A stretch of 64,000 bases of DNA from assembly GCF_006345805.1 (NCBI RefSeq), contig NC_042997.1, positions 101,556,001 to 101,620,000 on the forward strand, read 5' to 3'. Of the stretch, positions 40,560-55,165 are shown piece after piece. Below the pieces are notes generated by a model. That model was given only the letters and a program-made list of their open reading frames with translations, was not told the origin of the DNA and did no database searches. The stretch comes from Octopus sinensis (taxonomy: Eukaryota). Both the position numbers and the translations under genes were made by a program. How positions within the stretch are numbered: the first letter of the stretch is position 1; every line of letters starts with the position of its first letter.

Positions 40560-40985
40560 CCTGGGGCATGTAAAAAGCACCCCATACACAATGTAAGGTG
40601 GTTTGCATTGGGAAAGACATCTAGCTGCAGAAAACATACCAAAGCTGGCACTGGATTGTATAGTACTGCTTTGTGGCTCACTGGATCCTGCCAAACTGTC
40701 CATCCCATGCTGGCATGGAAAATGGATATTAAATGATGTTGATGATGCAAAGCGAACTTTTTAACCACACTCCCAAGCCTGCACAGACACACACACATCA
40801 TCATCATCATCATCATTTACCATCTGTTTTCCATGCTGGCATAGGTTGGACAGTTTGACAGGAGCTGGAGACCTGCAACAAACTCCAATCGTCTGTTTTG
40901 GCATGGTTTCTGTGGCTGGCTGCTCTTCCTAGCACCAACCACTTTACATAGTGTATTGGGCACTGTTTATGTGGCACTGCCATGA
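40560..40985. mobile_element. Two short RTE 3'-tail copies, tail-to-tail
   Basis: The plus copy ends AAATGATGTTGATGATG (about 40748). The minus copy starts CATCATCATCATTTACCATCTGTTTTCCATGCTGGC (about 40797). Confidence 0.75.
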
Positions 40986-41021
40986 TCTGTGTGTATGTGT
41001 GTGCATATATACATATATATA

Positions 41022-41080
<59 letters not shown>

Positions 41081-41232
41081 GCATACATTTATATATAAAT
41101 ATTTAACAGAAGCAACAGAGTAACTAAAGGACTGAGAGCTTCATGTATTAGCACTTGTCAAACTAGTTACAAATCAAGGGGTCATTCTGTTACTTCTGCT
41201 AAATATGAATAAATATAACTATATGTGTGTGC

Positions 41233-41274
<42 letters not shown>

Positions 41275-42118
41275 TCATGTTTGAGTTCTAATTTCCTGTT
41301 TGCCTTACCAAACCTATGCATACATACATACAATGAGAAAGAGAGAGAGAAACGCACTTTTTATTAAAACACTGATTCTCTAAAATAAAGCAACACACCT
41401 TTCGATTGGTCTCACTTTTGTACTAAATCATATTCACAATCAGTATTAATATTTTGAGTATTTAGTTCTCAGTTTTATCATATTCTCGTGAATAGTTAAT
41501 CCCAGGGTATATTCACACATTTGTGCACATGCTTATAATTATATACATGTATATATCACACAAACAGACATATGCATACACACACACACACACATACACA
41601 TATATCAATTTCATTTTGTGTAATTGAAGTCAACTTCTTCAACATTGAGAACCACAGAAACCTTATATTTCAAGTTAGTGTTTACACTGTTAGTTTTACT
41701 TCTTTCCTTTCCAAGTAGTTGAATTGACAGGTAATTTGGGATGAGACGAATAGCTACACACATATATATGACTATGCATTTAGAAGGATAATGCAAAAGC
41801 TCATATGTTTTTGTGTTCAGAAAGTAGTGATTATCCTTTAAGATTATAGATATTGTTACATAAAACAAATGAAAAAAGACAACAGTAAAAGTCTGTTTTA
41901 TTTTGTTGGCACATTTCAGAAGCAATACATTTGTTTTGTTAAAATTTGAGTAAAATCTTTTTTGTGAATTTACACTTTTCACTAACACATATAAATCACA
42001 AAATTTGCTTATATTAAGTTTTTAATAGTAATTTTAGTTCACTAATTTAAAAAAAATTTTTTTTTATTCAATAATTAGGGTGAGAAGAAATGTTTATTAA
42101 TTCTTTATATTAGAACAT

Positions 42119-42346
42119 TTAACTTTTTAGCATTCAGATTACTCTGTCAAATATAATGCTTGTTTATTCGTGTTGTTTTGTATTAATCAAGCATTATCTC
42201 ATAGCTTTGATATTTTAATGACGTTATTGATTGTTTTTAGAATGACATTATATGGTAGGTGTGAGAGGCCAGACCTGGCCAGTTTGAACATAAAACAAGT
42301 AGAATATTTCAGCCAGATATGGCCTGTTTAACTGCTAAAGGGTTAA
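42119..42346. mobile_element. piggyBac-type MITE (TTAA ends); related partial copies at about 9015-9205 and 17795-17965
   Basis: TTAA-CTTTTTAGCA ... TGCTAAAGGG-TTAA termini. Confidence 0.7.
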
Positions 42347-42954
42347 ATATACTCCCAAATATTTCTTTAAAATAACATTCATAATCATAACTGTATTGAT
42401 GTAATACAATCACTATGTGACGTTATACCTATTTGTAATAGTATTTATGGTTTAGTTTGCAATTGTTAAGAGCAAAAACTAATAAACATTACTTGCATTC
42501 AATAGAACTGTGTTGCTTTATCAATGGCATTGTTTTATTCTTTGATGAATATTATTACAAAACCTTACACACACACACAAATCATATTCATATCAGTATG
42601 TTTTATTGTTTCATGAAAAGAGTGTTTATATCAAGACCTTGTATTCTAGCAGTCCTAGTCAAGTCCTGCATGCCCACCAAAGATAATAAATTAATTGTAA
42701 ATAGTCAACTTGTTCAATAAATACCATTGTTGAACATAATGGGAAATTAACTTTTCTGTTCTGTCCCCTGTTATGAAATGTTGTGGCAGTTGTACTGAGA
42801 TGTCACCATAAACTCCACAGCTATTTATCTAGGATTGGTGTATGGCGACGTAATAGGAAGAAGTCAAAAATGAGAGACAATGGATGAGCAACAATTCCAT
42901 CAGTGTACACTTGTTCATTTTTATGGTGAGCAGTTGTATATCTTATATTTTATT

Positions 42955-43128
42955 TGTTTCAGTCATTAGTCTATGGTCATGGTGGGGCATTGCTTTGAAG
43001 GGTTTTAATCAAACAAATCAAACCCAGTACTTAATTTTTGCTGAACCACTAAGTTATGAGGATGTAAACATACCAACACCAGTATTTAAGTGGTGATAGG
43101 AACAAACACAAATACACACACGCATGTG

Positions 43129-43180
<52 letters not shown>

Positions 43181-43650
43181 ATATATATATGGAGGTGCAA
43201 TGGCCCAATGGTTAGGGCAGTGGACTCGCGGTCGTAGGATCGTAGTTTCGATTCCCAGACCAGGCGTTGTGAGTGTTTATTGAGCAAAGACACCTAAAGC
43301 TCCACGAGGCTCCAGCAGGGGATGGTGGCGATCCCTGCTGTACTCTTTCACCACAACTTTCTCTCACTATTTCTTCTGTTGGCCTGCTCGCTTAGCCAGC
43401 AGGGTGGCGTCATTTGAAAGCTAAAACAATGCGAAGCGCATTGTGACCAGCAATGTGTAGCAATATTTGATAGCCTAGTCGATCACAGTGATATATATAC
43501 AATGGGCTTCTTTTCTGTTTCCATCTGCCAAATCCACTCATGATACTTTGATCTATAGTAGAAGACACTTACCCAAGGTGTCACACAATCGAACTGAACC
43601 TAGAACTATGTGGTTGGGAAGCAAACTTCTTACCACACAATCACACCTAA
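42955..43650 (-). mobile_element. SINE family A (minus) interrupted by a SINE family B insertion
   Basis: Tail at about 42955-43110 and head at about 43495-43650 flank the (TA)n tract and the inserted SINE. Confidence 0.75.
43191..43493 (+). mobile_element. tRNA-derived SINE (family B)
   Basis: GGAGGTGCAATGGCCCAATGGTTAGGGCAG...TTTCGATTCCC head with A- and B-box-like motifs, followed by a non-tRNA body. Confidence 0.82.
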
Positions 43651-45226
43651 ATTCTTGGAAACTAATTAAGTAAAACTATTGTCTTCATTATAATTATTTT
43701 CTTGCAATACCATAATATAATGTGGTCATAATTTGTTTTCAAATCTAATGTACTATATACTCAGAAGTAACGACTAAATCAGAAGTGATAATTGGGGCTG
43801 TTGATGTGGTCAACTGGAACAATTTAACCTGGAAAGTTGTATTGATATACTCACCCAGTTTCATCATTTTATTGTGTTCTTGTGCATTATATGTGCTAAA
43901 ATTTATTAATATTGATCTGAACCACTATTCTTCCATGCACATTTCCCTGTAGCCATTGTCGCTTAGTTTGAGCCACCTTTTCCATTCAACGTCTCTTAGC
44001 CAACAAAATATTTTCAGACCTTCCATCTCAATACTATGTGCAAGATCCAACTCAACAACCTCATTTAAATATGATTCTCAGAGTAATCATTAAATCCTCT
44101 CACACCGTAACATTTTTTTATCGACCTACCTAAAACATATTGTAATCACAATACATACATGCCCCTCCACCCTACCCTCCTCACAAAACACACACACACA
44201 CACACTATACACGACCCAAAGCAAACAAAAACCCATTCAGATAAAACCAATGTACGTGCACATTCTTTTGGAGATGGTTTGAGAAGTTGTGTGGGTTCGT
44301 CATCATCATCATCATTTAATGTCCACTTTCCATGCTGGCATGGGTTACATGGTTTGACTGAGGATTGTAAGTCAGAGAGCTGCACCAGGCTCCATTCTGT
44401 TTTGGCTTAGTTTCTATGGCTGGATACCCTTCCTAAAGCCAACCACTCCATAGAGTGTACTAAGTGCCTTTTACATGTCATCGGCCCAGGCATCTTAAAC
44501 GCATCACCAGCATGGGTGCCATTCATGCGTCACCAGCACTGGCCACAGCAGATGTCCCTTTTATCATTATCACTTCCTTCTCTATCTGAAAGGTTTGGTG
44601 CCAAATGTTTGCTTGTCAAAAAAAGCACTCAGTAGCTGTTGCCATGTGTACCTGTCTTCTTTTGCAATCAACATCTCTTTGCTTGCTGTATTCCACACAT
44701 TTCATATGCAGATAATCAAACCATTTGTGGTTGTGGTGGTAGAGAAGTTTATGTTGACATTTAGCATACACAATTTGGATTTGGTGCCCAAAAGAACACA
44801 AGAACTGAACGTAAACTGGGGTGAAAACAACCTGTAGATCGCTGATCAACTTATGTCAAAATAGATTTCAAAGTGAGCATGTTCAGCTTTCCATTCTTAG
44901 ATGTCAACCATGCAAGTATTATTACATCAAAAACTAAATATAAGAAAATCAAAAGGTTTTGGGATTTTATGCAATGAATGAAAACAAGACTGGATTGTAA
45001 CAAGTAAATTAACTGGAAGAAATAAGAGCCTGAGGTTAATTTTTGTGGACAAATTTAAGAAAGTTGTTTATCAAGTAATTTTCTTGACTTTTAGTGAGCA
45101 ATTAATTTACAATCATTGTTTTAATCTTTTTGCTTTCTCTGTTCTATATTTTTGTTGTTGTTTTGCCTAAATTTGGGAGCGCTAGTGGCTTTCCCTGCTT
45201 CCATGATTCATATGCCCATGTACATA

Positions 45227-45463
45227 TTGGGTTGGTGCATAATTATTGCGGCTTTTTTCAACAAAAACAATAGCAATATTTAACAAAAACATCTTTAAAT
45301 GACAGTCTGATCATCTGCCAAGCAAATAGGAAGCAATAATTGAAGTAGATATGTGAATATGCTCTGGAATAATCATTTAAAGATGCTTTTGTTACATGTT
45401 GTTATTGTTTTTGTTGAATAAAGTTTGTTGAAAAAAAGCCGCAATGATTATGCACCAACCCAA
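45227..45463. mobile_element. Mariner-type MITE
   Basis: TIRs of about 40 bp, TTGGGTTGGTGCATAATTATTGCGGCTTTTTTCAACAAA and its near reverse complement; TA on both sides. Confidence 0.9.
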
Positions 45464-46879
45464 TACATAGAAAAGAATTATGTTGCATATCTAATTCTAC
45501 ATGCTATGATGCTGTTGTATTTGGTGTCTTAAAGAAAAAGATATGCTAAAATGATTTCTTGATGCCTTTTGCATGATGCATGAAACCTAAGATTTGGGAG
45601 TGGAATGAAAGTTATGACATTCATCAGCAACTTAAGTTATATCGAACAGTCCTAAATAGCTATGTACTGTGTTGAGTGGAATGTGGTATTACAAGACAAA
45701 TACCCATTTGAAAAAAGTTTGTTTTTGTTTTTCTGTGTAGCTGTGTACTTAATGCAGTAATGAGAGGTTCTTAAAGCATTAATGAGCAGTTTATCTTGAA
45801 ACTAATTGTTTGATATCAAAGAAAATATTTTTTTTACTAAATTGAATGGTTGTTTTTAGGTCATAAAGAACCATGTCATTCATTTATTATTTGAGAGATA
45901 CAGCTGGCTTACTGTTTCACAGCCCATATTAGTAATGTGTAATATTCATAGCAAATACACCTGTTCACACAGGTAAGTAACAAGGGTGATTGATTTAAAT
46001 GATGAGTTGTGAAAGTTCTATACATTGAGCAATAGTTTTATGATTAGTTACTTGAAAGTTTTGATCTAAAATCTCTTTTATCAAAAGTTCAGTATTATAA
46101 CTAAGTTTAGAGGTGTCTCTCAACTGCTCTATACCTTGAAAACTGAGATAAATAAAATCTAACACCATTGAGGTTTGAAGGAGAAATAAGGTTATTAGTG
46201 CTAATATTTGTAATGTAGTGTTGAGTAAGGTGATACAATTCAGAATGTCTTTGTGTTTGGTTGCTTCATACAAAATCATTAAATAAAAAGGAAATAAAAC
46301 TGTTAAACAAATTAATTTAATATACAAGCCTGCATACAGATCATCTATTAACCCTCATGAGCCTCTTATAATGTAAAGGTTTACTTTGACAAAGAGGAGA
46401 ACATGAAGAAAGCAATTATGTAATGCTGTTCATATACTACAGGGAGTAAACCATATCACTTATGATCCTTGTCTGAACAATTACATTGCAGAAAGAAATC
46501 ATTGGTGTAACGCTGAAGAGAGATAACAGCTGGTAAGGTGAGGAGTGGATATTGATTAGAACTAAAACAGGTTTTTTTTTGCCTTTTTTCTTTTCCAGTT
46601 TTTTTCATCATTCTTACTTAAGAACTGAGTATCAGTTACACTCAGATGCACTTGCATCATCTCTCATCACTTTTAGTGCATTTCACTCACCAGACACTGT
46701 ACTGAACATTTCACTCAATCCTTCTTTTGAAGATAGACATCCTTTTAGGATACCCTCCCTACACTTAACCACATACCCCCACCCTCAATATCAATATGGG
46801 AATGTTGAAAAGAAAAAAAAACAAAAAAAAATAAATAAACATCAACTCTATCAACCTTACCAAGCTATTCTTATTCATT

Positions 46880-47095
46880 AATCTTTTCTACTCTTGGCAC
46901 ACAGCCTGAAATTTTGGGGGAGGGGTCCAGTCAATTAAATCAACCCCAGTATGCAACTGGTACTTGATTTATCAACCCCAAAAGGATGAAAGGCAAAGTT
47001 GACCTAGGTGGAATTTGAACTCGGAACATAAAAATAGACGAAATACTAAGCATTTCACCCAGCGTGCTAACATTCCTGCTAGCTCATTGCCTTCT
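46880..47095 (-). mobile_element. tRNA-derived SINE (family C); another copy at about 49405-49622
   Basis: Minus strand reads GCTAGCAGGAATGTTAGCACGCTGGG...GAGTTCAAATTCCACC, and the body recurs in the window. Confidence 0.72.
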
Positions 47096-47809
47096 TATTC
47101 ATTAATCTTGAATGACCTGCAAGGGCTATTAGTATTGTCCCACTTCATAAAACTAACCTCAAAAAAAATAATAAAATAAAATAATAATAATAATAATTGT
47201 TGATTATAAATTCATTGATATGCAAATGAATGTGAAAATAAATATAAAAAACTTATATTTACAGTAGCTAGTCTGGAGGTAAAGGAAACTAAGTCATTTG
47301 ACAGATGGTTGGTCTGATTATTTAATAGTATACGTAACCTTTCTATTCTTAGTTGTAGCATTCTTTATTTATTTATTTTCACTGTTCCATATAAACGTTC
47401 CTTCTTTTTCACTTGCATGGAGATCAATATTAATCTGAATTCCAACTGCTTAAATTCATTCCCCTATTTCTCTTCCTTTCTCTCTCATTTTTTTTTTTTT
47501 TATTATTTTCATTTTTCCTTCTTATGTGTATTTCTATTTTTCTGTCATTCTCAATTTCTGTCTTTTTCTGTTTCTCAACACGACTGAAGAAAGCAGTTTT
47601 TGGTTTCTAGTGCTTTCCATACTTTCATCATCCTGCTCTATTAAATGACAAGCACGTGTTTCACTCACACATGCTGCATTTCATTCACATCATGCATAAA
47701 TTAGAAAGCATTTATTTTATTTTTTTTAACGATATATGATAAATAATAAGGTGATATGATAATTATAATGATATCGATGATGGTAAGAAGATGGAAGAGG
47801 AAGATAATA

Positions 47810-47845
<36 letters not shown>

Positions 47846-48062
47846 GTTGTGGTGGTTGTCATAGTGGTGGTGGTAGTATTTGATGAGAACAAGTGTGGTG
47901 GTGATGGTGGTACCTTTGATATGGTAGTGTTGACTTTTATTTTAAACTGTTTTTCTTTACTTTGAACATAATTACAAATAACAATTTTACTGATTCACAC
48001 TTAGTACATTAGTTATTACAGTTTTCATAATGTATGCCACATAGTTATTATTGTTGTTGTTG

Positions 48063-48096
<34 letters not shown>

Positions 48097-48565
48097 CATT
48101 ATTATTATTATTATTATCATTATTGCAACATGAAATACAACTGAAACAATAAACAAAATACTTCATCGCTTCTTATTCAGTTCAGTCAATTTTGCCTCCC
48201 ATTATTCTAATCAATAAAATAAATAGTGGCTATTGATTGAATTAACTGTAAAATTGGCATTGTGCCTAGTTGAAAGGAACCAACATATTTTGACATAAAC
48301 ATATCCATGTTTTTCTATAGCCCAAGGTCAGCTCTTATCATCAAAAGCTTTCCAGCCATGATGTTCATATCTTTTTATGCGTAACCAAGGTTGTATTGAT
48401 CAATGTATCCTTTCTTTTTTCCAAGATGATAGGGTGTGATTTGTGGAAAATTTGGCTGTTATATCTAGCATTTTGAATAGCTGCATAGAGGTATCCTCCT
48501 TAGCTTGAACATTTCCTATGTTGTATGTATCAGTGAATGTACAAAAACTATATATATATATATAT

Positions 48566-48611
<46 letters not shown>

Positions 48612-49239
48612 TAGCACAATTAACAATGCTATTTCACTGGTTTACTTTACAGTTTAAGTGCCATTGTAATGTGTATATTATATATTTTTGTGTATATGTC
48701 TGTCTGTATGTATGTGTATATACAAACATACACACTTGTAGACATATGTGCGTATGTATGTGAATGTCTCATTAGGTGTGAACTTGTGTTTATCCTAAAG
48801 AGAGAGGTGTCTGCTCATGCTTGCCCTACTCTCTGTAGAATGAACATGACACTCCCAATAATCAGGCAATAACTAGCTGAAACTAACCAAGCTGTTCTTA
48901 AGTTTAGCTTGCAGAGAGAATTCTGTGGGTTTAGCCACCGAGTCTATTTATACAGTAAGGCTGAATGAATGTTTATTAAATATTTATATATGTAATGTGA
49001 GTGTATCCACTCACAGTTGTCTCTGTAATTTTATCTTATTGACCTTGCTCAGATTTACCTGACTCAGTTATACTGACCATCATGATCATACACAGTGTTT
49101 GGTAGGTTAGCATGGGCTTTATCTCATATCTAGTTTTTGATGGACAGTTAACCCAATTAGGTTCGTGTTGACATGTTCATAAAGGTGTGCATCCTTAATG
49201 AATTCTGGCTTAACTTCCCAGTAATGTCTTGCAAAGCCA

Positions 49240-49248
49240 TCTCTCTCT

Positions 49249-49338
<90 letters not shown>

Positions 49339-49339
49339 C

Positions 49340-49377
<38 letters not shown>

Positions 49378-49378
49378 A
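49240..49378. repeat. Long (CT)n microsatellite
   Basis: Direct reading. Confidence 0.95.
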
Positions 49379-50720
49379 TTCACAGCATCTGTAGTTGTAA
49401 GAAGATTGCTTTCAAGGTTTGGCACTAGGCCAGCAGTTTCAAGGGAGGGACAGGTCGATTTAGTCAACCCCAGTTCTTGGCTGATACTTTTTTTATTGAC
49501 TCCAAAAGAATGAAAGGCGAAGACAACCTTGGCAGAATTTGAACTCAGAATGAAAAAACCGGATGAAATGCTGCTAAGTTTTTTGCCCAGTGTGCTAACA
49601 ATACTGCCAGTTTGCCACCTTAGTGACTATAAGAAGATTGCCATACAGTTTTTGTTTGGTTGGAGATATTAAAAATGGCCTGTAACATGAGAGTGTGAGT
49701 GCTGTCAAACCTAGTTTCCAGATGTTTGGTGAGCATCCAGTTAGTAGGCCTATACAATAGCACTGATGTCACAGTAACTCAGTTGTGGAGGCATGTGGCT
49801 TAATGGTTAGAGTCTTGGACTCATTATTGTAAGATTGTGGTTTCATTTCCTGGACCAGGCAATGCATTGTGTTTTTGAGCAAAATACTTCATTTCACGTT
49901 GCTCCAGTCCATTCAGCTAGCAAAAATGAGTAATCCTGCATCCTGTCCAGGTGGGGAATCTATAAGCTATGGAAACCTGGAAACTGGTCCTTATGAATCG
50001 GCATGACTCTAAAAGGTAACTAACTTTACATTAACACAGCAGTAACTTCTTTCAAGACCATCTGATGCTTATGAAATTCCAAATAGATTACACTAAGGCC
50101 ATCAAGAACAACAAATTTTTATATATTTTCTTTCAATGTATTGTTACTCTCTGAGTATACAAAGATGTCTACAGATTTTCAAAGGTTTGAGCATTTAAGG
50201 TTAGATTTTGTAATTCTGTAATTCTAATGCATAGCTACTCTATCTGTTTGCACCATTTCTTGGAAATAATATTAAACAGGATTATTAGAAGTGTACATGC
50301 AGTTAGTGAAGCAAGTACTTCCTCTTGGTAGCAGTGTTTAAAATTTAAAAAACAGACAAATATGACAACAACAATGAAATCAATTAACTAAATTACTTGG
50401 AAAACATACATTTATAAATACATACATTGTGTGTGTGTGTGTGTGCATGCATGCATGTATATGTATGTGTATATATCATCATCATTGTTTAACGTCCGTT
50501 TTCCAGAGTGTAGTTCAACAGAAATATGGGAATGAATGGGTTGATGTAGTGAACTGAGGTCATCTATGCAATTAATTATTAGACAGAATTTCCCTGTATG
50601 AATGTTTAAAATCCAAAAACAATCAGCAAATTAGACAATAAAATTAGTTGATTGGAAGTTTTGGAAACTATATTAAAAAAAGATGCAGATTTATGTTTGT
50701 ATATATTTATATATATGTAC

Positions 50721-50752
<32 letters not shown>

Positions 50753-50767
50753 ATACATATATATATA

Positions 50768-51500
50768 TCAGGCTGATTAAAAAGTAAGTAACATTTCATC
50801 ACAATTTATTTCAACAATGAAGAAATTTTATTCATCAAAGTACCATTACAATCAACACATTTCTACCAAGTTATAAGTTTGTTTATTCCAGTAACATAAA
50901 AATCTGGAGTTCTGGAGCTGATGAACTCTTTGAATGCTCTTTCAGCATCAGTTTGATTTTTGAGCCCCTTCTCTTGCAGGAAACCATCAAAGTAAGTGGT
51001 AGTCGGTAGGAGAAAGATCTGGGGAATAAGCTGGGTGGGGAAGAACTTCATAGCCAAGTTCCCTCAACTCCTGGAGCATCTGTAGTGAAACATGTGGTCA
51101 AGCATTGTCATGAAGAATGATTGGCCCTCTTCTGTTGACCAGTCTGGGACAGAAGAGTTGCAGATTTTTGTTCATTTTGGCAATTTCATGGCAATATGTT
51201 TCTGCAGTAGTGGTTTTTTGGGGGTTTTAAAAAGTTATAGTGGATGAGTCCAGCAGTACAGCACCAAACAGTCACCATAACCTTTTTGAAGAGCTCAGAG
51301 ATTAGGAAGGTTTTCAGTGCTTCATTTTGGTCGAACCACTGCGAAGAATGTTATTTATTATTGTACAGAATCCACTTTTCATCGCAAGTTACAATACAGC
51401 CGAGAAATGGATCAGTCTGGTTACGGAGAAGTGATGAGCAAATTTCATATCTGCACATTTTCTGATTTTCATTAAAATCATGTGATACCCATTTGTTGAG
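50768..51500 (-). pseudogene. Mariner (DD34D-type) transposase 3' two-thirds with right TIR, decayed
   Basis: YEICSSLLRNQTDPFLGCIVTCDEKWILYNN...KVMVTVW and AFKEFISSRTPDFYVTGINKL. Frameshifts present; the terminus lies next to TA. Confidence 0.85.
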
Positions 51501-54500
51501 CTTCTTTGATTTTCTGATTGCATCCAGCTGTAGAAACTTTGCCAGATCAGATTGAAGCCTGGTTCAGCCTTCTGGCTTGTCAGCCCTCAGTCAAACTGTC
51601 CAACCCATGCCAGCATGGTAAGCGGACATTAAACAATGATGATGATGCAGGCATAGCTAACTTGAAGTTCCTTTGCTAGTTCTCGAGTGGTTTTACGTGG
51701 ATCTTTCTCGATGACAGTCTTTAATCAACCGTCATTGATAAGAGATAGGTATCTACTATGCTTACAATCTTCAAGGCTCAAGTCTCCATTGCATGTTCGG
51801 TTGGATGGGATACTTGAATTTGTTCAAAAGCTTCATAGCACAGTCTTTCTTCTTGTCCTTGATGGTTTGGGATAAAAGTTGGCCTTTCTTATTTTGTATG
51901 AGGAATACTGAATGCCTTCATGCAATACCTGCCTGATAAGAAACTTTGGAAATAGTTCTGGATCTTTGGAAATATGCTGTGCTTGAGAAGACCCAGCAAG
52001 CCAAATATGATTGTAGCCATGGCCAATGCCAGTGTCACATAACCGGCCCATTTAAAAATGCCCTTCAATTGTTATATATGTGTGTGTGTGTGTGTATATA
52101 TATATATGTATATACACAGTAGAGTGTAACAGACTTAACCCTTTTGGTTAAGTCCCTGATTCTTTGATATAAACTTTCTATATAAAGGGACCTAAATTAA
52201 AATTTCACATTAAAATTCCATGTTATTTTATGTTCCAATTAGTAATGACCATGATATTTTAGTAAATTCTTTATTGTTTTTCAAAATTTATTGAAATAAA
52301 GAGGGTGTAGTTCAGCAGAAATATGGGAATGAATGGGTTGATATAGTCATCTATGCAATTAATTATTAGACAGAATCTCTCTCTGTGAATGTTTAAAATC
52401 CAAAAAAATTAATTGATTGGAAGTTTTGGAAACTATTAAAAAAATATGCAGATTTAGTTTTGAAACCAACTGGGAAAGGCTGTGGATATGTTATGGCTTT
52501 ATTAAACTTCCTCAGTGTTTTATTAAAACAATACTATGTGATTCAAGATAAATTTTGTTGCTATTTCTAGCAGGTCACCTGACTACACTAGGAATGTTAG
52601 TAAATAAATATGTAGCAACTTACTGTAATCAAAGAGTTAAAGTTTTTGATATTTGAAAGAACTGGATTGAGTGAGATTCATTTTTGCAGTGGAATTTTGG
52701 ATGTTTAGTCCTATTGTTACCACAATTCTGTTGAATTAATTTTATTTTGAAAATGATAAAGAATTTAGTAAAATAAATTTGCTCTTATTAACCTGGTGTT
52801 TTGAAAATGAATGAGCATGAATTTAGATGAAAGATTTAAATCTGAATCACTTTAAAGTTTGTCTCATAGAACCAGGACCAGTTTCATGCTAGTCAGTATA
52901 AAGATGATTAAAAATGATTGGACATTTAAGTATGAAAAAACTTAATAATTAGCATGTTGTAAGCTTTTATTACTACCCTTTCTTATCTCTCATATTTATC
53001 ATTATATACTTAGGATTTTATGGAATATTCATGTTAGTTTTCAGTACTAATGGTAACTCAAAAGGATTGCTTACAAATGATAAGAGTATTATAGTAGAAT
53101 CAGTTGTAACTGCTACATTAATAGCTGCTAGAGTAACTGTAGCAACTGAGGCTGCAAAAGAAGCAATATCTATTAAGTTTTATTATAAAGCTAATGAAAA
53201 ATGTTTCATGCCTGAAATCAATAACAATTACACAATTCTGACAAAAATCTCTTTTAACTTTCAATAAAGAAAATGTTTCCAATACAGATGTTTATAGATA
53301 TTAGAAGCTAATATTATATAACAAAATATTTATGTACCACATGGAATTGAGTAAAATTATATATATATATATATGAAATTGCAGCTGCTATTATTTTTTT
53401 ATATATATATATAATTTTACAGATATTGCTTTTTGTGTTTTTATTATACTTCTATGTCCAACTTCATGATATAGAAAGAAAAATGAATTGTCTGTGGGAA
53501 TCAATAAAGTTGACTGAACATGAATCTGATGCAGTGCCACTAATATGCCAATTGTTTCATCCATATATATTATGTGTACGCCTTTCATGTATATCTGTTC
53601 ATATATAGACATATTTCTATGTTTACATGTCTATTCATTGGATATATATAGCACTGTATGCTTACTAAAATCTCCTAGCAGTTATTATGGATTAACTGTA
53701 CATTAAGTGTTGCGTTTTACAAAATAAATTACTACAATCCATTATTTATTCTACTTAGGTTTCCTTTTAATGTAAATCATTGTATATGTGAATAAATATT
53801 ACATTCATTGACAAACTGATGTAAAAAGAAATGGGATGAGTAGTTTATCTTAGCCAATAATTTAATGAGGGATTTATTATTCAAATGTATTATTTATACT
53901 CTCGAAAATCTGAATAAGTTACAAACCATTTGTGACCTCCTGAGTTTGTACAGATTGTCTTTGATGAAATGAAAAAAAAAGGAAGTTGAAAAGAGAGAAG
54001 AAACTAGTTGATAGTACTTTTCCTCACCATGGACACTATGCAGGTGTTTTAGATGAAAATCAATTAAAGGATAGTTGAATGGTTCACTAAGATTTCTCTT
54101 AGTATGGTAGTATAAGTATAGTGTTGAATGAATGATGTTTTGTAGATGTTTAATGCTGGTTGTAATATTTAATATTAATAAATGAGTAAATTCTTTCTTT
54201 AAATATTTGTTGTTTTGTTAGTAATAATTATTTTTCACTGTCATAATAATTTTCGTTACACTTATTTATTTCAAGTGGTTCAGTTTTCTGATTCATTAAT
54301 TAAGAACTTCAATTTAAAATTAAAACCTTAATTAAAATAAACAATAACACAGACTACTGAAATCCTTTTAGTTTGGCACTCAAACATTTTTGCTGCTCCA
54401 CTGCTTTAAAATCACAATAAGATTTATCGCTGAATATTCACTTTTATAGAAAAATTTGATTTCAAAAAAATAAATGAGAATTTCTTTACATTTCAAATAT

Positions 54501-54719
54501 TCTTAATTAACTTTAATTTCTCAACCATTATAACAGATTTTTGTTGTTATCTATACATGCAGCCACAATTTCTTAAACCGAAATAAAATAGCCACAAAAC
54601 TAGCCTTTGATCATACCCTACCCCCCTTAATAAAACACTGCCAATTAAGTAGAATATGCTTTGCTGAGAATCTTTCATTTTTTTTTTTTAGTTTTTTTAT
54701 TTTACCTTTATTTATTTAG

Positions 54720-55165
54720 GCACAGGTATGGCTATGTGGTAAGAAGCTTGCTTCCCAACCACATGACTCTGGGTTCAGTCCCACTGCATAACACCTTGGG
54801 CAAGTATCCTCTTCTATAACCTCCGACCAACCAAAGCCTTGTGAGTAGATTTGGTAGACAGAAACTGAAAGAAGCCTGTTTTATATATATATATATATAT
54901 GTACATACATACATACATACATATGTGTGTGTGTGCACATATTTATGTGTGTGTGTCTTCATATTCGGGTTTGTCCCCCCCCTCACCATTTGACAACTGA
55001 TGTTGGTATGTTTATGTCCCTGTAACTTAGCAGTTTAGCTAAAGGGACTATTAAAATAAGCACTAGGCTTAAGAAATAATGCCTGGGGTCGATTTGTTCA
55101 ACTAAAACTCTTCAAGGTGGTGCTCCAGCATGGCCACAGTCAAATGACTGAAGCAAGTAAAAGTA
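54720..55165 (+). mobile_element. Full-length SINE family A
   Basis: Colinear with 14673-15125. Confidence 0.88.

Noticed and set aside
45995-46327. 110-aa minus ORF (also 41611-41988 and 53031-53267)
   Set aside because: No motifs or codon-level support; lengths are within chance expectation.
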